Assembly (NCBI GenBank): GCA_963713605.1
Contig: CAVQMO010000010.1
Location: 576,001 to 640,000 of the forward strand
Source of the DNA: an uncultured Nitrososphaerales archaeon
GTDB lineage: Archaea; Thermoproteota; Nitrososphaeria; Nitrososphaerales; Nitrososphaeraceae
Length of the DNA: 64,000 nucleotides
Direction of reading: 5' to 3'
Below, piece by piece: positions 23,348 to 33,804 of the stretch. The translations under genes and the position numbers were made by a program. Every line of letters begins with the position of its first letter. The stretch's first letter is position 1. The notes beneath the pieces are model-generated. The model did not search any database, was not told the origin of the DNA, and saw only the letters and a program-made list of their open reading frames with translations.

Positions 23348-23437
23348 GTCATTAAGTAAATATTCGGAAATGAGAACTTACTATTAGAGATCTTACGTTC
23401 CTGGGAGATTTGGATTGTACGTTTGCCTAACTAGCGA

Positions 23438-23632
23438 CTATTGCCACGGCTCATTTCCAAGTACGCCCATTGGGGTATTCAATACAGATGTGATACGCCT
23501 CGTCATTTGATAATTGCTGGAGTGACAAGGACACATACAAAGTCCTATGTTGTAAGTTGGTTTAGATCCTCTAGTAATTCCATCACATGATGGATGTTGC
23601 TGTCTTTTACAATCAGACGATCTATTCTCCAA
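23438..23632 (-). CDS. Small Cys/His-rich putative metal-binding protein
   Basis: C-x4-H-x2-C followed by CMCPCH in 64 aa; fills an otherwise empty gap. Confidence 0.45.
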   Translation of the reverse strand: MENRSSDCKRQQHPSCDGITRGSKPTYNIGLCMCPCHSSNYQMTRRITSVLNTPMGVLGNEPWQ

Positions 23633-23721
23633 TACTTTGCTTTTTGTTGAAAATTCCTTTAATTAAAGTATTATGATCATACGAGCTAACCACTTTTAAA
23701 CATGACCTCCCTTTCAATATT

Positions 23722-24087
23722 ATGAAGATATATTCAGAAGATAGACCGTGGGGCAGGTTCGAAAAATTTCATGAAAATAAGATGAGCACGGTTAAATTAA
23801 TTTATATCACTCCTAACCATCGATTGAGTCTCCAATACCATAGACACCGAAATGAATTCTGGAGGATAGTAAGTGGAACTGCAGAAGTTGAGATTGATGG
23901 TCGGGCCTTTAGTGTAAAGGAAGGAGATGATATCTCTATTGGTTCAAAAAGTCACCACCGAATCAAAGCATTGTCAAATGGCTGTACTGTGCTTGAGATT
24001 TCCTACGGCCACTTTGATGAAGCAGACATCGTGCGCATTGAAGACGACTTTAACAGAGTCGATCCTAACACCCCACGATCACCGTAA
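23722..24087 (+). CDS. Cupin, mannose-6-phosphate isomerase type II C-terminal-like
   Basis: RPWG, LSLQYHRHRNEFW, HHRI, EADIVRIEDDFNR. Confidence 0.9.
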   Translation: MKIYSEDRPWGRFEKFHENKMSTVKLIYITPNHRLSLQYHRHRNEFWRIVSGTAEVEIDGRAFSVKEGDDISIGSKSHHRIKALSNGCTVLEISYGHFDEADIVRIEDDFNRVDPNTPRSP

Positions 24088-24140
24088 CTTTACTAACGAT
24101 CAACGAAATACAAATAAAGCCCTCTTAATGTTCTACCGTT

Positions 24141-25456
24141 ATGAGCGCAAGCAAGAAACCCCACATGAACCTAGTTGTTGTAGGTCATGTTGATAATGGT
24201 AAATCTACTACTGTTGGTCATTTAATGGTGGACTTAAAAGTTATTGATCAACGGACTATTGACGCATATGCGAAGGAATCCGAAGCGACAGGAAAGGGTG
24301 ATACCTTCAAGTATGCTTGGGTCTTGGATAGCATTAAGGAAGAAAGGGATAGAGGTGTAACCATAGACCTTGCCTTCCAGAAATTTGAGACTCAAAAGTT
24401 CTTTTATACTCTTATTGATGCCCCAGGTCATAGAGATTTTATCAAGAATATGATTACCGGAGCTTCCGAAGCCGATGCTGCTGTTCTTGTTGTTTCTGTG
24501 AAACCGGGTGAGACCGAAGCTCGCCACTGATCCTGGAGGTCAAGCACGTGAGCATGCATTTTTATCCCGTACTTTAGGCGTGAGCCAAATAGCTGTAGCT
24601 TTAAACAAGATGGACGACGTTGCATATTCCGAACAGAGATATAAGGAAGTGAAGGACTTGGTAGAAAAAATGCTGAAGTTAGTAGGATATAACACCAGCA
24701 AAGTTCAATTTATCCCAGTTTCTGCTTGGAAAGGTGATAATTTGGTTAAGCTTTCTGAAAATACACCATGGTACAAAGGTCATACACTTGCAGAAGCTCT
24801 CGACATGTTTGAGGCCCCAGAGAAACCAATCGGGAAGCCTCTTAGAATTCCAATTCAAGACGTGTATACCATTACTGGGGTTGGAACGGTACCTGTAGGC
24901 CGAGTTGAGACAGGAGTCGTTCGGGCTAATGACAAGGTGATAGTGATGCCGTCTGGAGTGACTGGTGAAGTAAAGTCGATAGAGACTCATCATACTCAAA
25001 TGGATTCAGCTGAAGCGGGCGATAACATAGGGTTTAACCTACGAGGAGTTGACAGGAAATCAATAAAGCGCGGGGATATACTGGGATCTACTGATAAGCC
25101 ACCTTCTGTCGCTAAAGAATTTGAGGCACAGATAATTGTGATTCATCACCCCACCGCGATGGCTCCGGGATACACACCTGTTCTACATGCCCACACAGCT
25201 CAAGTAGCAGGCTACTCTTTCAGAGTTTGTAGCAAAGATAGACGCTAAGACGGGGGCAATAGTAGAAGAAAAGCCAAAATTCTTAAAAACTGGCGATGCT
25301 GCTATAGTGAGAGTGAAACCTACTCGACCACTTGCAATTGAGACCTTCAAAGAGTTCCCCGAAATTGGAAGATTTGCGCTTAGGGATATGGGAACTACAA
25401 TCGCGGCAGGTGTGGTGAAAGCGATTGTGGAAAAGTATGATCCTAGTAAGAAATGA
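24141..25456 (+). CDS. tuf: Elongation factor 1-alpha (frameshifts at ~24522 and ~25210)
   Basis: [32 protein letters not shown]; the third segment LKTGDAAIV...GRFALRDMG ends at TGA 25456. Confidence 0.96.
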
Positions 25457-25465
25457 GTGATTTAG

Positions 25466-25777
25466 TTGCCTCAAGAAGCAAGAATAAAACTAACCAGTAC
25501 CAATCTCTCTACCTTGGAGACTGTTTGCTCTGAAATTAAGGGACTTGGAGAGAAAAACGGAATCAGGCTAAAAGGACCCCATCCGTTACCTACAAAAAAA
25601 ATGAAGGTGGTAACAAGAAAATCGCCTTGTGGGCAAGGAACAAATACCTATGATAAGTACGAATTAAGAATCCATAGACGTGTCATTGATTTGGGAGCAG
25701 ACGATAGAGCAATTCGGCAGTTAATGCGTTTAAAAATACCGGATGATGTGTATATTGAGGTCTCTTTAACTCAATAG
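25466..25777 (+). CDS. rpsJ: 30S ribosomal protein S10 (uS10)
   Basis: ARIKL, GPHPLPTKK, TRKSPCGQG, RIHRRVID; follows tuf. Confidence 0.96.
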   Translation: MPQEARIKLTSTNLSTLETVCSEIKGLGEKNGIRLKGPHPLPTKKMKVVTRKSPCGQGTNTYDKYELRIHRRVIDLGADDRAIRQLMRLKIPDDVYIEVSLTQ

Positions 25778-25876
25778 CCCCTTCACATTCAGATTGCCGA
25801 ATTAAAGCCTCACTATTCTTCCGCCAGCATAAATCAGACTATCTATAGACATCATCAGTTCATTGCAAACCATTTT

Positions 25877-26203
25877 TTAATGAAGATTCACCAGCTTCTG
25901 CGCACTGCTAAACAATATTTTAAGTTCTGAGACAGGTCCGTGGATTTCTAGTTTCTCTGTTCCTTGTATGCAGATCTTGGCCTTTCTAAATAAAAATCCT
26001 TTCTCTGAGTATTCCAAGCCATGCAGTCTGTCTAGCCTCTCGCTGACTATATCATTTGACTTGTGGATATGGCCTCGTTTAGCAAATAGAATAATCCTGC
26101 GGTCGGTCATTAATAATTTATATTTCTTTCCAGAATATTCAACGGGACACTTGCCATAAAACTTTACATTCTCGACAGGTAAGAGAAAATCGTTTAAGGT
26201 CAT
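25877..26203 (-). CDS. Small PH-fold-like hypothetical protein
   Basis: LLPVENV...LLMTDRRIILF...GLEYSEKGFLF...ICIQG pattern resembling bacterial PH domains. Confidence 0.55.
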   Translation of the reverse strand: MTLNDFLLPVENVKFYGKCPVEYSGKKYKLLMTDRRIILFAKRGHIHKSNDIVSERLDRLHGLEYSEKGFLFRKAKICIQGTEKLEIHGPVSELKILFSSAQKLVNLH

Positions 26204-26374
26204 GATTTTACTTGTACGTATGGTGTAGATTCCAGAATATATATCAAAACAAGTCTCAATTAATTGCTGACATGATAGACAAAAATTGATAACAGATTTA
26301 TTGATTTAAGATAGCTTGCTAAGTCCATTGTCTCATATACTGAACATTTTATATCCGTCATTAAAGATTGAGAT

Positions 26375-29115
26375 ATGTTGGAAAACACGCCGCCCATGAC
26401 ACTATTTGAAAAAAAGAAAAGATTCCATGATTTGCCAGAGCTTCCAGATGGTCGGGTTGGGCTACTCCTTTCATCAGTTTATGTAGGTGATGAGCAGACG
26501 GTCTACCTTTTGTTTTATGACTTGGAGGAGAATGGACTTGCTGCCTGGAGAGATAGAACCAATCATAGACCCTATTGCTATACGAAGATGGAATACAAGG
26601 ACAGAGCAGAGGCGATATGCAATGAAGATAAGAAGTTATCACTTCAGCTGAACAAACAAGCGAGATTTGATCAATGATCAGATTATTGAAGTTTTAAAAA
26701 TCGTGGCTCCAGACCCACTATCAATTGGTGGAACTGACAATAGCGTAAGAGAAAGAGTGCGATCTTGGGAAGCAGACATCAAGTACCATGAAAACTATCT
26801 ATATGATTCTGGCCTTATTCCGGGTTCATACTATAGACGAAAAGGTGATTCCATTGTCAATGAGGATTACGGTATTTCTGAGACAGTTAAAGAGGCGTTA
26901 AAACGTCTTATTTTGAATAATAGTGACAATAATAATAAAAATGAAAATGAACATATTTCAATTAATGCTTACCAGGACCATGTTACCAATTGGGCCAATC
27001 TCCTAAACCAACCCGTACCGGAACTTAAAAGAGTTGCACTAGATATCGAGGTAGAATCGGAAGAAGGTCAAATGCCTACGCCTCGAGAGCATGAAAGAAG
27101 AATAATCGCCGTGGGGCTAGTTGGTACGGATGGTTTCAAGAAAATTCTTGTTTTGGGGGGAAGAAATTCAGATACAGTTGAGAAGGTGAATATACCTGAA
27201 GCCGAGCTGTGTCTCACTGAAAAGGAATTGATAGAAAAGACGTTTAAAGTGATAAACTCCTATCCGATAGTTATCACTTATAATGGCGATGATTTTGATC
27301 TTCCCTATCTGTACTTCCGATCTCAGGATTCCAGGATCGATCCGACTTCGCATTCTACCATCCCAAAGGAACAAGTACCAATTCTAGTAAAGAGAGATAG
27401 TTTTGTGAAACGAGGAACATTAGCGGAACCAGTTCGTTTAAAGAACGCAATCCATCTTGATCTGTTTAGGACATTTCAGAACAGATCAATACAGATTTAT
27501 GCATTTGGTAATAAATATTCTGAGTATACACTCAATGCTATCTCTTTTGCCCTGCTGGGTGAGGGTAAGCTCGATTTAGATTTGGACATTAGTGAGTCTA
27601 CCATTACAGAAGCTGGCAGAATACTGTCTTAGAGACGCGGATCTTACATTCAGACTTACTAGCTTTGGTAACAATCTCCTTATTAAACTTCTTTTAGTAA
27701 TAGCCCGAATTGCCCGATCATCACTTGACGATGTTTCTAGATTTGGTGTCAACCAATGGATCCGAGGAATGCTATACTATGAACATAGAAAAAATAATTT
27801 TCTTATTCCAAGACGAGAGGAACTCGGTGCGAAAGGATCCTCGTCAACCGTTGCTATCATTAAAGAAAAGAAGTATCGTGGAGGACTTGTGGTAGAACCT
27901 AAGTTAGGAATTCATTTCAATGTGGTAGTGGTTGACTTTGCTAGTCTTTATCCAAGTATTATTAAAGTATATAATTTATCCTATGAGACGGTCAACTGTC
28001 CCCATCAGGAATGTAAAAATGACGCGGGCCAGCTGATAGCGGGCACAACGCATTGGATTTGTAAGAAGAATAGGGGACTTACATCACAACTTATCGGATC
28101 TCTAAGAGATCTGCGTGTCAAGTATTACAAACAATTATCTAGGGAAACATCAATTGGTTTAGAAGAACGTCTGCTTTACAGCGTGGTAAGCCAGGCAATT
28201 AAGGTGATTCTCAATGCAAGCTATGGTGTGATGGGAGCCGAAATATTTCCGCTTTATTGCCTACCTGTTGCTGACGCTACTGCTGCGCTCGGGAGAACGA
28301 CTACCTATTCTACCATCGAAAAATGTAGAGAAGTCGGTATTGATGTAATTTACGGGGATACCGATTCTTTATTTCTTAAGGGTCCTTCGCCTACTAAGGT
28401 AGATGAAATTACGAAATGGGCGAGAGCTAAATATGGAGTCGATTTAGAGATTGATAAAACATATAGGTATGTTGTGTTCAGTGAATTGAAAAAAAATTAT
28501 CTTGGAGTCCTGTCTGACGGAACGGTAGATGTTAAGGGCCTCACTGGAAAAAAGTCTCATACTCCTCCTTTCATTAGAAATGCTTTTTCGCATATGTTAG
28601 ATATCTTGAGTAAAGTAGATTCTGAGAATGATTTCGAATCGGCAAGAGAGAAGATAAAAAGTATTCTTCAGGAGAATGCAAAGAATTTAGTAAGCCGTCG
28701 GATCCCGGTGCAGGATTTGAGCTTTAATGTTATGATAAACAAGTCGCCTGATAAATATGGAAAGAAAATTACCACTTCGACTGTAAAATCAGGCTCAATC
28801 GATGGCATCGATGTCATCGGAAAGGACTCTCATAAAGGTCTTCCGCAGCATATCAAGGCAGCAAGACTACTTGTCGAAAAAGGACGGGAAATAAAGGCAG
28901 GCGGCATAATTTCCTATGTGAAAACTAGAACAGTGGAAGGTGTGAAGCCAGTCGAACTCGCAAAGCCGGAAGAAATAGATACCGACAAATACCTTGAAAC
29001 TATGGAAGTTACATTCGACCAGATACTTGCATCTTTAAACTTTAATTTCAAATCATTGGTCGGACAACCGCGCCAATCCAATTTGGATGAACTTTTTTGG
29101 GGAGGATCAGTCTAG
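26375..29115 (+). CDS. polB: Family B DNA polymerase PolB1 (frameshifts at ~26651 and ~27597)
   Basis: Exonuclease motifs DIEV and YNGDDFD; polymerase motifs DFASLYPS, KVILNASYG, YGDTDS, KKNY. Confidence 0.95.
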
Positions 29116-29260
29116 GTTCTTGGAAATGATGTTTAATCAAATATGAACAAACCTTTTCGGTCACAAGACTTTATCCAAAATGTTTCACCACGAAGGATTT
29201 CTAGTTATGCTTTAGGGAAAAATAAGAAAAGAGAGAGTGTATCTCTAACTGAAGTTACTC

Positions 29261-30119
29261 TTAATCGTCTCCTATATGACTATCCACGAACCCCGACTTC
29301 AGACCTGTCCTATCAATTATTGTAGAATCCTTGCCCGATTTCTGAGTATAAACATAGACCTGGATATCATTTCCTTCTGGTCCAGGTATCATGTAACTAT
29401 CTTCGATATGATATCCCAATGTGTTGAAGTGTTGGTCAAAATAATCCTTCTCATCTGCCTGTACCACAAACAAGCCTGCTGTAGCCTGACTTGAATTTGT
29501 CGATAAATTATCTGGTGCGTTGGCAGGGGCAATGACATTGATTTTACCCTTAGGAGCTGCTGGATCTGTGTTCGTGGGATCTGAAAATGTATACGTCCCT
29601 GCGGTGTCAAAGGTATATTCAGTCCGCATCCCCAAATGGTATGCTCCCATTGGTGAGAAGAACCTGATTATCGCTGTCTTGGACAAGTGAAATACCATGG
29701 ACAACACCCTGAGGACTCTCTGTGCTATTGTCGGCGTTGGACCAGATTACTTTCGTCCCCTCTACAATGGTTGAATCAAGAGGAAGGAATCCCTGTGTTA
29801 TCAATCTCTTATCCGGTATCAAAACGACGAGATTGTGTACGTCAGAATCTAACTTCATGGAATTAGTCTGTGCGATGTCGCCAGCATTGAAACGTAGACC
29901 TGTAGCGGGAACTGTACTAGAACCCCCCCCACTTGAAGTCGTATTTGCAGGCTCATCGGAGCCGGGCATAACGTTTACCTGAGCGTAAACTGGCTCAATT
30001 GAGCTATAGGTACCCGCGCCTAACACGATCAGAATAGCAGCGGCAGAAACTGTAAGCGCTACGACACTCAAACTTATATTCATTTGGAGGCTGTAGGCAG
30101 ACTCCCATTTATAATGCAT
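29261..30119 (-). CDS. Secreted or membrane-anchored cupredoxin-fold protein (frameshift at ~29623)
   Basis: Hydrophobic N-terminus ending VYA-Q; FLPLDSTIVEGTKVIWSNAD...HGI...YTFDTAGTYTF...GKINV matches the plastocyanin strand pattern. Confidence 0.65.
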
Positions 30120-30176
30120 TGTGTTTGAAAATATTGACCTTCATATCATAGTACCTATGCAAATTGTTGGATTAGC

Positions 30177-31205
30177 ATGGTTTCGATCAAAAAAATGTCG
30201 ACGATACATCAACATTTATACCATAATTTGGTTCGACCATATCCAATGTCTACCCTGGAGGAGGTTCAATCATTTTTTATCTCTCCTGAATTAGGAGATG
30301 TTGGAGTATCTTTCGCTGATTTTCCCAGGAAAGTTTCACTTATCGACTCAAACGTGATAGTCTATGGAGTTCCATTGGATCTCACAACTTCTTTTGGGAA
30401 GGGAACGAGGGAAGGACCCAATTCAATCAGATTGACTTCTGCAAAACAAATAGAAACGTACCTATTTGAAGAAAGCACCGATTTGACTGACGAGGTCAAA
30501 ATTTATGATTTGGGGGATATGGAGATGCCGCAACTATATTCAAACTGTAGTCTGAGCTCCATCATTTCATCTATCGGATCAAACATCAGTATGACTGCTG
30601 GTCGTATAAAATCGAGTGGTAAAATTCCGATTTTATTAGGGGGCGAGCACACTATCTCATACTACCAACTTAAGGCGTTTGCTGATACAAGGCCTTTGAT
30701 TCTTCATTTCGATGCACATAGAGATCTGAAGCCTGAATACGGTGGTATGGTGATGTGTCACACAACCCCTTTCTACCACTTAATTAACGACGGACATATT
30801 CTTGGTCACGATCTAGTTCAAATTGGAATTAGACAATGTGATAGAGAGGAGAATCAAATTGCACTAAATAAAGGCGTCATTACATTCGATGCATGGACCA
30901 TTCATGACAACATTGATAAGTTGTTGTTATATCTAAAAGAAGTTACCTGCAATAGAGTTATCTATATTTCATTTGACATAGATGTTTACGACCTATCATA
31001 TGTTCCCTGCACCGGATGTCCTGAACCCTATGGTTTGGACCCCTTTCAGGTGGCTAAAATAATTAAAAGTATAAGCTCCTCTGCCTTGCTCATAGGTACG
31101 GATATGGTGGAAGTAGCAGCCAGAAATGGCGATTATAGGGAAGGTACATTGGCTGTCCAAACTCTTTATAGAATATTGGCTAATTTGCAAAAGGCTTATT
31201 CATAG
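30177..31205 (+). CDS. speB: Agmatinase / ureohydrolase
   Basis: GGEHTIS, FDAHRD, QIGIR, SFDIDVYD, PEPYG; the real start may be ATG 30246. Confidence 0.88.
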   Translation: MVSIKKMSTIHQHLYHNLVRPYPMSTLEEVQSFFISPELGDVGVSFADFPRKVSLIDSNVIVYGVPLDLTTSFGKGTREGPNSIRLTSAKQIETYLFEESTDLTDEVKIYDLGDMEMPQLYSNCSLSSIISSIGSNISMTAGRIKSSGKIPILLGGEHTISYYQLKAFADTRPLILHFDAHRDLKPEYGGMVMCHTTPFYHLINDGHILGHDLVQIGIRQCDREENQIALNKGVITFDAWTIHDNIDKLLLYLKEVTCNRVIYISFDIDVYDLSYVPCTGCPEPYGLDPFQVAKIIKSISSSALLIGTDMVEVAARNGDYREGTLAVQTLYRILANLQKAYS

Positions 31206-31248
31206 TTACAAAAATCAGACATAAATGGGGAATTTATATAGCGATGGG

Positions 31249-33188
31249 CTAGCTGGCGAATTGAGGTCTCTTCGATAGTAACAAAGGGAGGTTCAAAGGC
31301 AGATACGGCTTATCTGCGGTTTTGTTTGTTATCTCATTGACCAATCCATCCATTGTCATGGTCATTCTTTCACTAGGATTCAAACGATCCCGGATTTGAA
31401 ACCTTGCTTCTTCTACTTCGGTATCCCCTACAACAACAATGTAATTAATCCATTCCATTTCTGCATCTCGAATTTTTTTTCCTACTGATTCATCTCGATC
31501 ATCTATATCCACTCTAATGGATTTGTTCGAAATTGCATCTGCTATCTCCTTACAATAGCCGGTATGATTTGAGGTTACAGGGATCAAACGCATTTGAGTT
31601 GGCGAAAGCCATAGTGGCAAAGTGGGCTTAATTGCCAGTTTTTGAGCTTTTTCGCAGCCTTTTCTAGTAATGCAAAGATAACGCGTTCAATTGCTCCACT
31701 TGGTGAATTGTGTAAGATTACCGGATACTTTCTCGATCCATCTTCATCGACAAATGTTATGTTGTACCGTTCACTGTTTTCAATATCGATCTGGTCTGTG
31801 GAAAGTGCAGAAGCCTTTCCTTGATTGTCTATAAAGTTAAACTCCCATTTTAATATAAAATAGAAGAATCGCTCCTTCCAAACTTCTACTAAAACAGGTC
31901 GATTAAATTTCCTCAGCTAATTCGATAATCATATCCTTATTATCCCTGAGGCTTGCCTCGGTAAACCGTATTGCCATCTCGATGTCGTTAGAGGTTGAAA
32001 TTCCCAATTCGTTTAATACAGTGGTGGATAAGTCAAATCTTTTTAGAAGCTCTGACTTGGCCTCCTGCATATCTCTGCAAAAGGCATGACAATCAGGCAT
32101 GCTGAATGCTCTCAATCTTTTCAACCCAACAAGCTCCCCGGTCTTTTCTCTTCGGAAACTATATCTAGTAAGTTCATAAAGTCGAAGAGGCAGATTCTTG
32201 TAAGAGATCAATAAATCTTTTGCCATCAGAAATTGGCCAAAACAAGCTGCCAAATCTAAGGAAATAATGTTTCCCATGGTCTGTGGCGATGTTGTATTGT
32301 CTAGCAGGAAATCGGTTAAAGTAACTCTCCAGTGATGGATGTTTCGAATCATACATTATAGGAGTTTCTATTTCTATTCCACCGTAGGCCGTCACCATTT
32401 TGGTAACGTACTGTTCTATAAGTGACTTGATCAAGCGACCCTTGGGATAAAACCGCATATTTCCCGAATCTGATGCTGGTTCATAATCAGCTATACCTAA
32501 TTTCCGCATCAATTTAACGTGAGGCGGAATTTCATCGACAGTTCTCCTCTTCTCGATCTCATATCTTATCAGACTCTTAAGATTGATTTGCTTGTTCGAA
32601 TATTGATATTCGTTTAAGGGTATCATTTCCCCATCTGGTTTCATTACAAACCATTGTGATCGCAATGAATCTTCTGCGCTAAGCGCACTGGAGAAAGCAG
32701 TCCCAGCATTAATGAGCGCTGTCTTTGATAGGGAACTACCCTCTTCATCCGAATACTTGGCAATAGAGCTCTTATCATAGATTCTAAAATTTTCAGCTAA
32801 AGGATGAGCCTTCACCTTCACTGAAAATGACTTCGTCCATCCGAAAGGTGCCCTCCTGACTTCAATATCTTCTTTCCTGGTTTCTTCTTTCATTAAGTTC
32901 ATAATCTCTAAAGCTTGCTGTGGCGATGCAAGATTAGAGCTCAAATGAGAATAGGGGTAAATTAGTAGCTTATTGTTCTTGATCCTCCGCATATACTCCT
33001 TGATATCCTGCGCTGCCAGCTTTGACTATGGCTAATTCATCGCCCTCTTCTACTGCTACAAGTATAACAACTAGGTCTTGAAGTCTAACTTCCTCTCGCG
33101 ATACGTCCTGATCGGCGTATATTTCTTGTATCTCTCTTGCAACAGGTTCGTACTCGAAGAATTCAGCGTGAAGTTGAAGTACTCGCAT
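31249..33188 (-). CDS. thrS: Archaeal threonyl-tRNA synthetase (four frameshifts)
   Basis: MRVLQLH editing domain, [49 protein letters not shown] anticodon domain. Confidence 0.94.
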
Positions 33189-33308
33189 TCTATGGAAGTT
33201 AGTAGGAATAATCGGATGATTAAAGGGTTTTGAACCGTAGAGCAGTTGCTATTGGGGCAGGAGAGTCAAGAAATGAACTGCTCACACTTTTTCGACATTA
33301 AAACCATG

Positions 33309-33518
33309 CTAGTCCCATCGCGCTCGTTCATTTTCCCGATCTTCTTTGGTAGCCTTTTTCCAATCTTTATAATGTTGTCTACAAAGGTAAATCCGTTTGC
33401 TGGAAGAATCGACCAATAGATCAATGGCCATCGCGGCTTTGCTTCCACTCATGGACCTAAGGGCTATCTGGCCACATCCTTGTACACTACACGTAACTCC
33501 TTTATCCACTTTACCCAT
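33309..33518 (-). CDS. Small conserved archaeal Zn-finger protein
   Basis: MGKVDKGVTCSVQGC...YLCRQHYKDWKK; the ATG at 33518 has a TATA-like element upstream. Confidence 0.75.
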   Translation of the reverse strand: MGKVDKGVTCSVQGCGQIALRSMSGSKAAMAIDLLVDSSSKRIYLCRQHYKDWKKATKEDRENERARWD

Positions 33519-33804
33519 AATAGTGTAAAATGAAGAGGCGGTGGTATAAAACTTTGATCGGCTATTAATAGCCTCATCAGCAGTTGGTAAGCTTACCAAC
33601 ATAGTATCGTAGTACACGCTAAATATTTATCCCTGGAAATATGAATTAATTCTCGATTAGAAATTTCTAGAAGAATACTCATTTATTATTCCGGACAGTT
33701 ATATTAGATAAAATAATTGCATACTTATCTTCGATTCACACTAACTTAAGGTTTAGTATAGGTTATAGTTCTTTATAAATACTTAATGTTCCAGCGGTTT
33801 GTGA

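Noticed and set aside
19663..33188. Mass pseudogenisation or programmed frameshifting of ileS, tuf, polB and thrS
   Set aside because: These genes are essential, there are no in-frame nonsense codons, and the indels sit at short palindromes rather than slippery heptamers. Sequencing artefact is far more likely.
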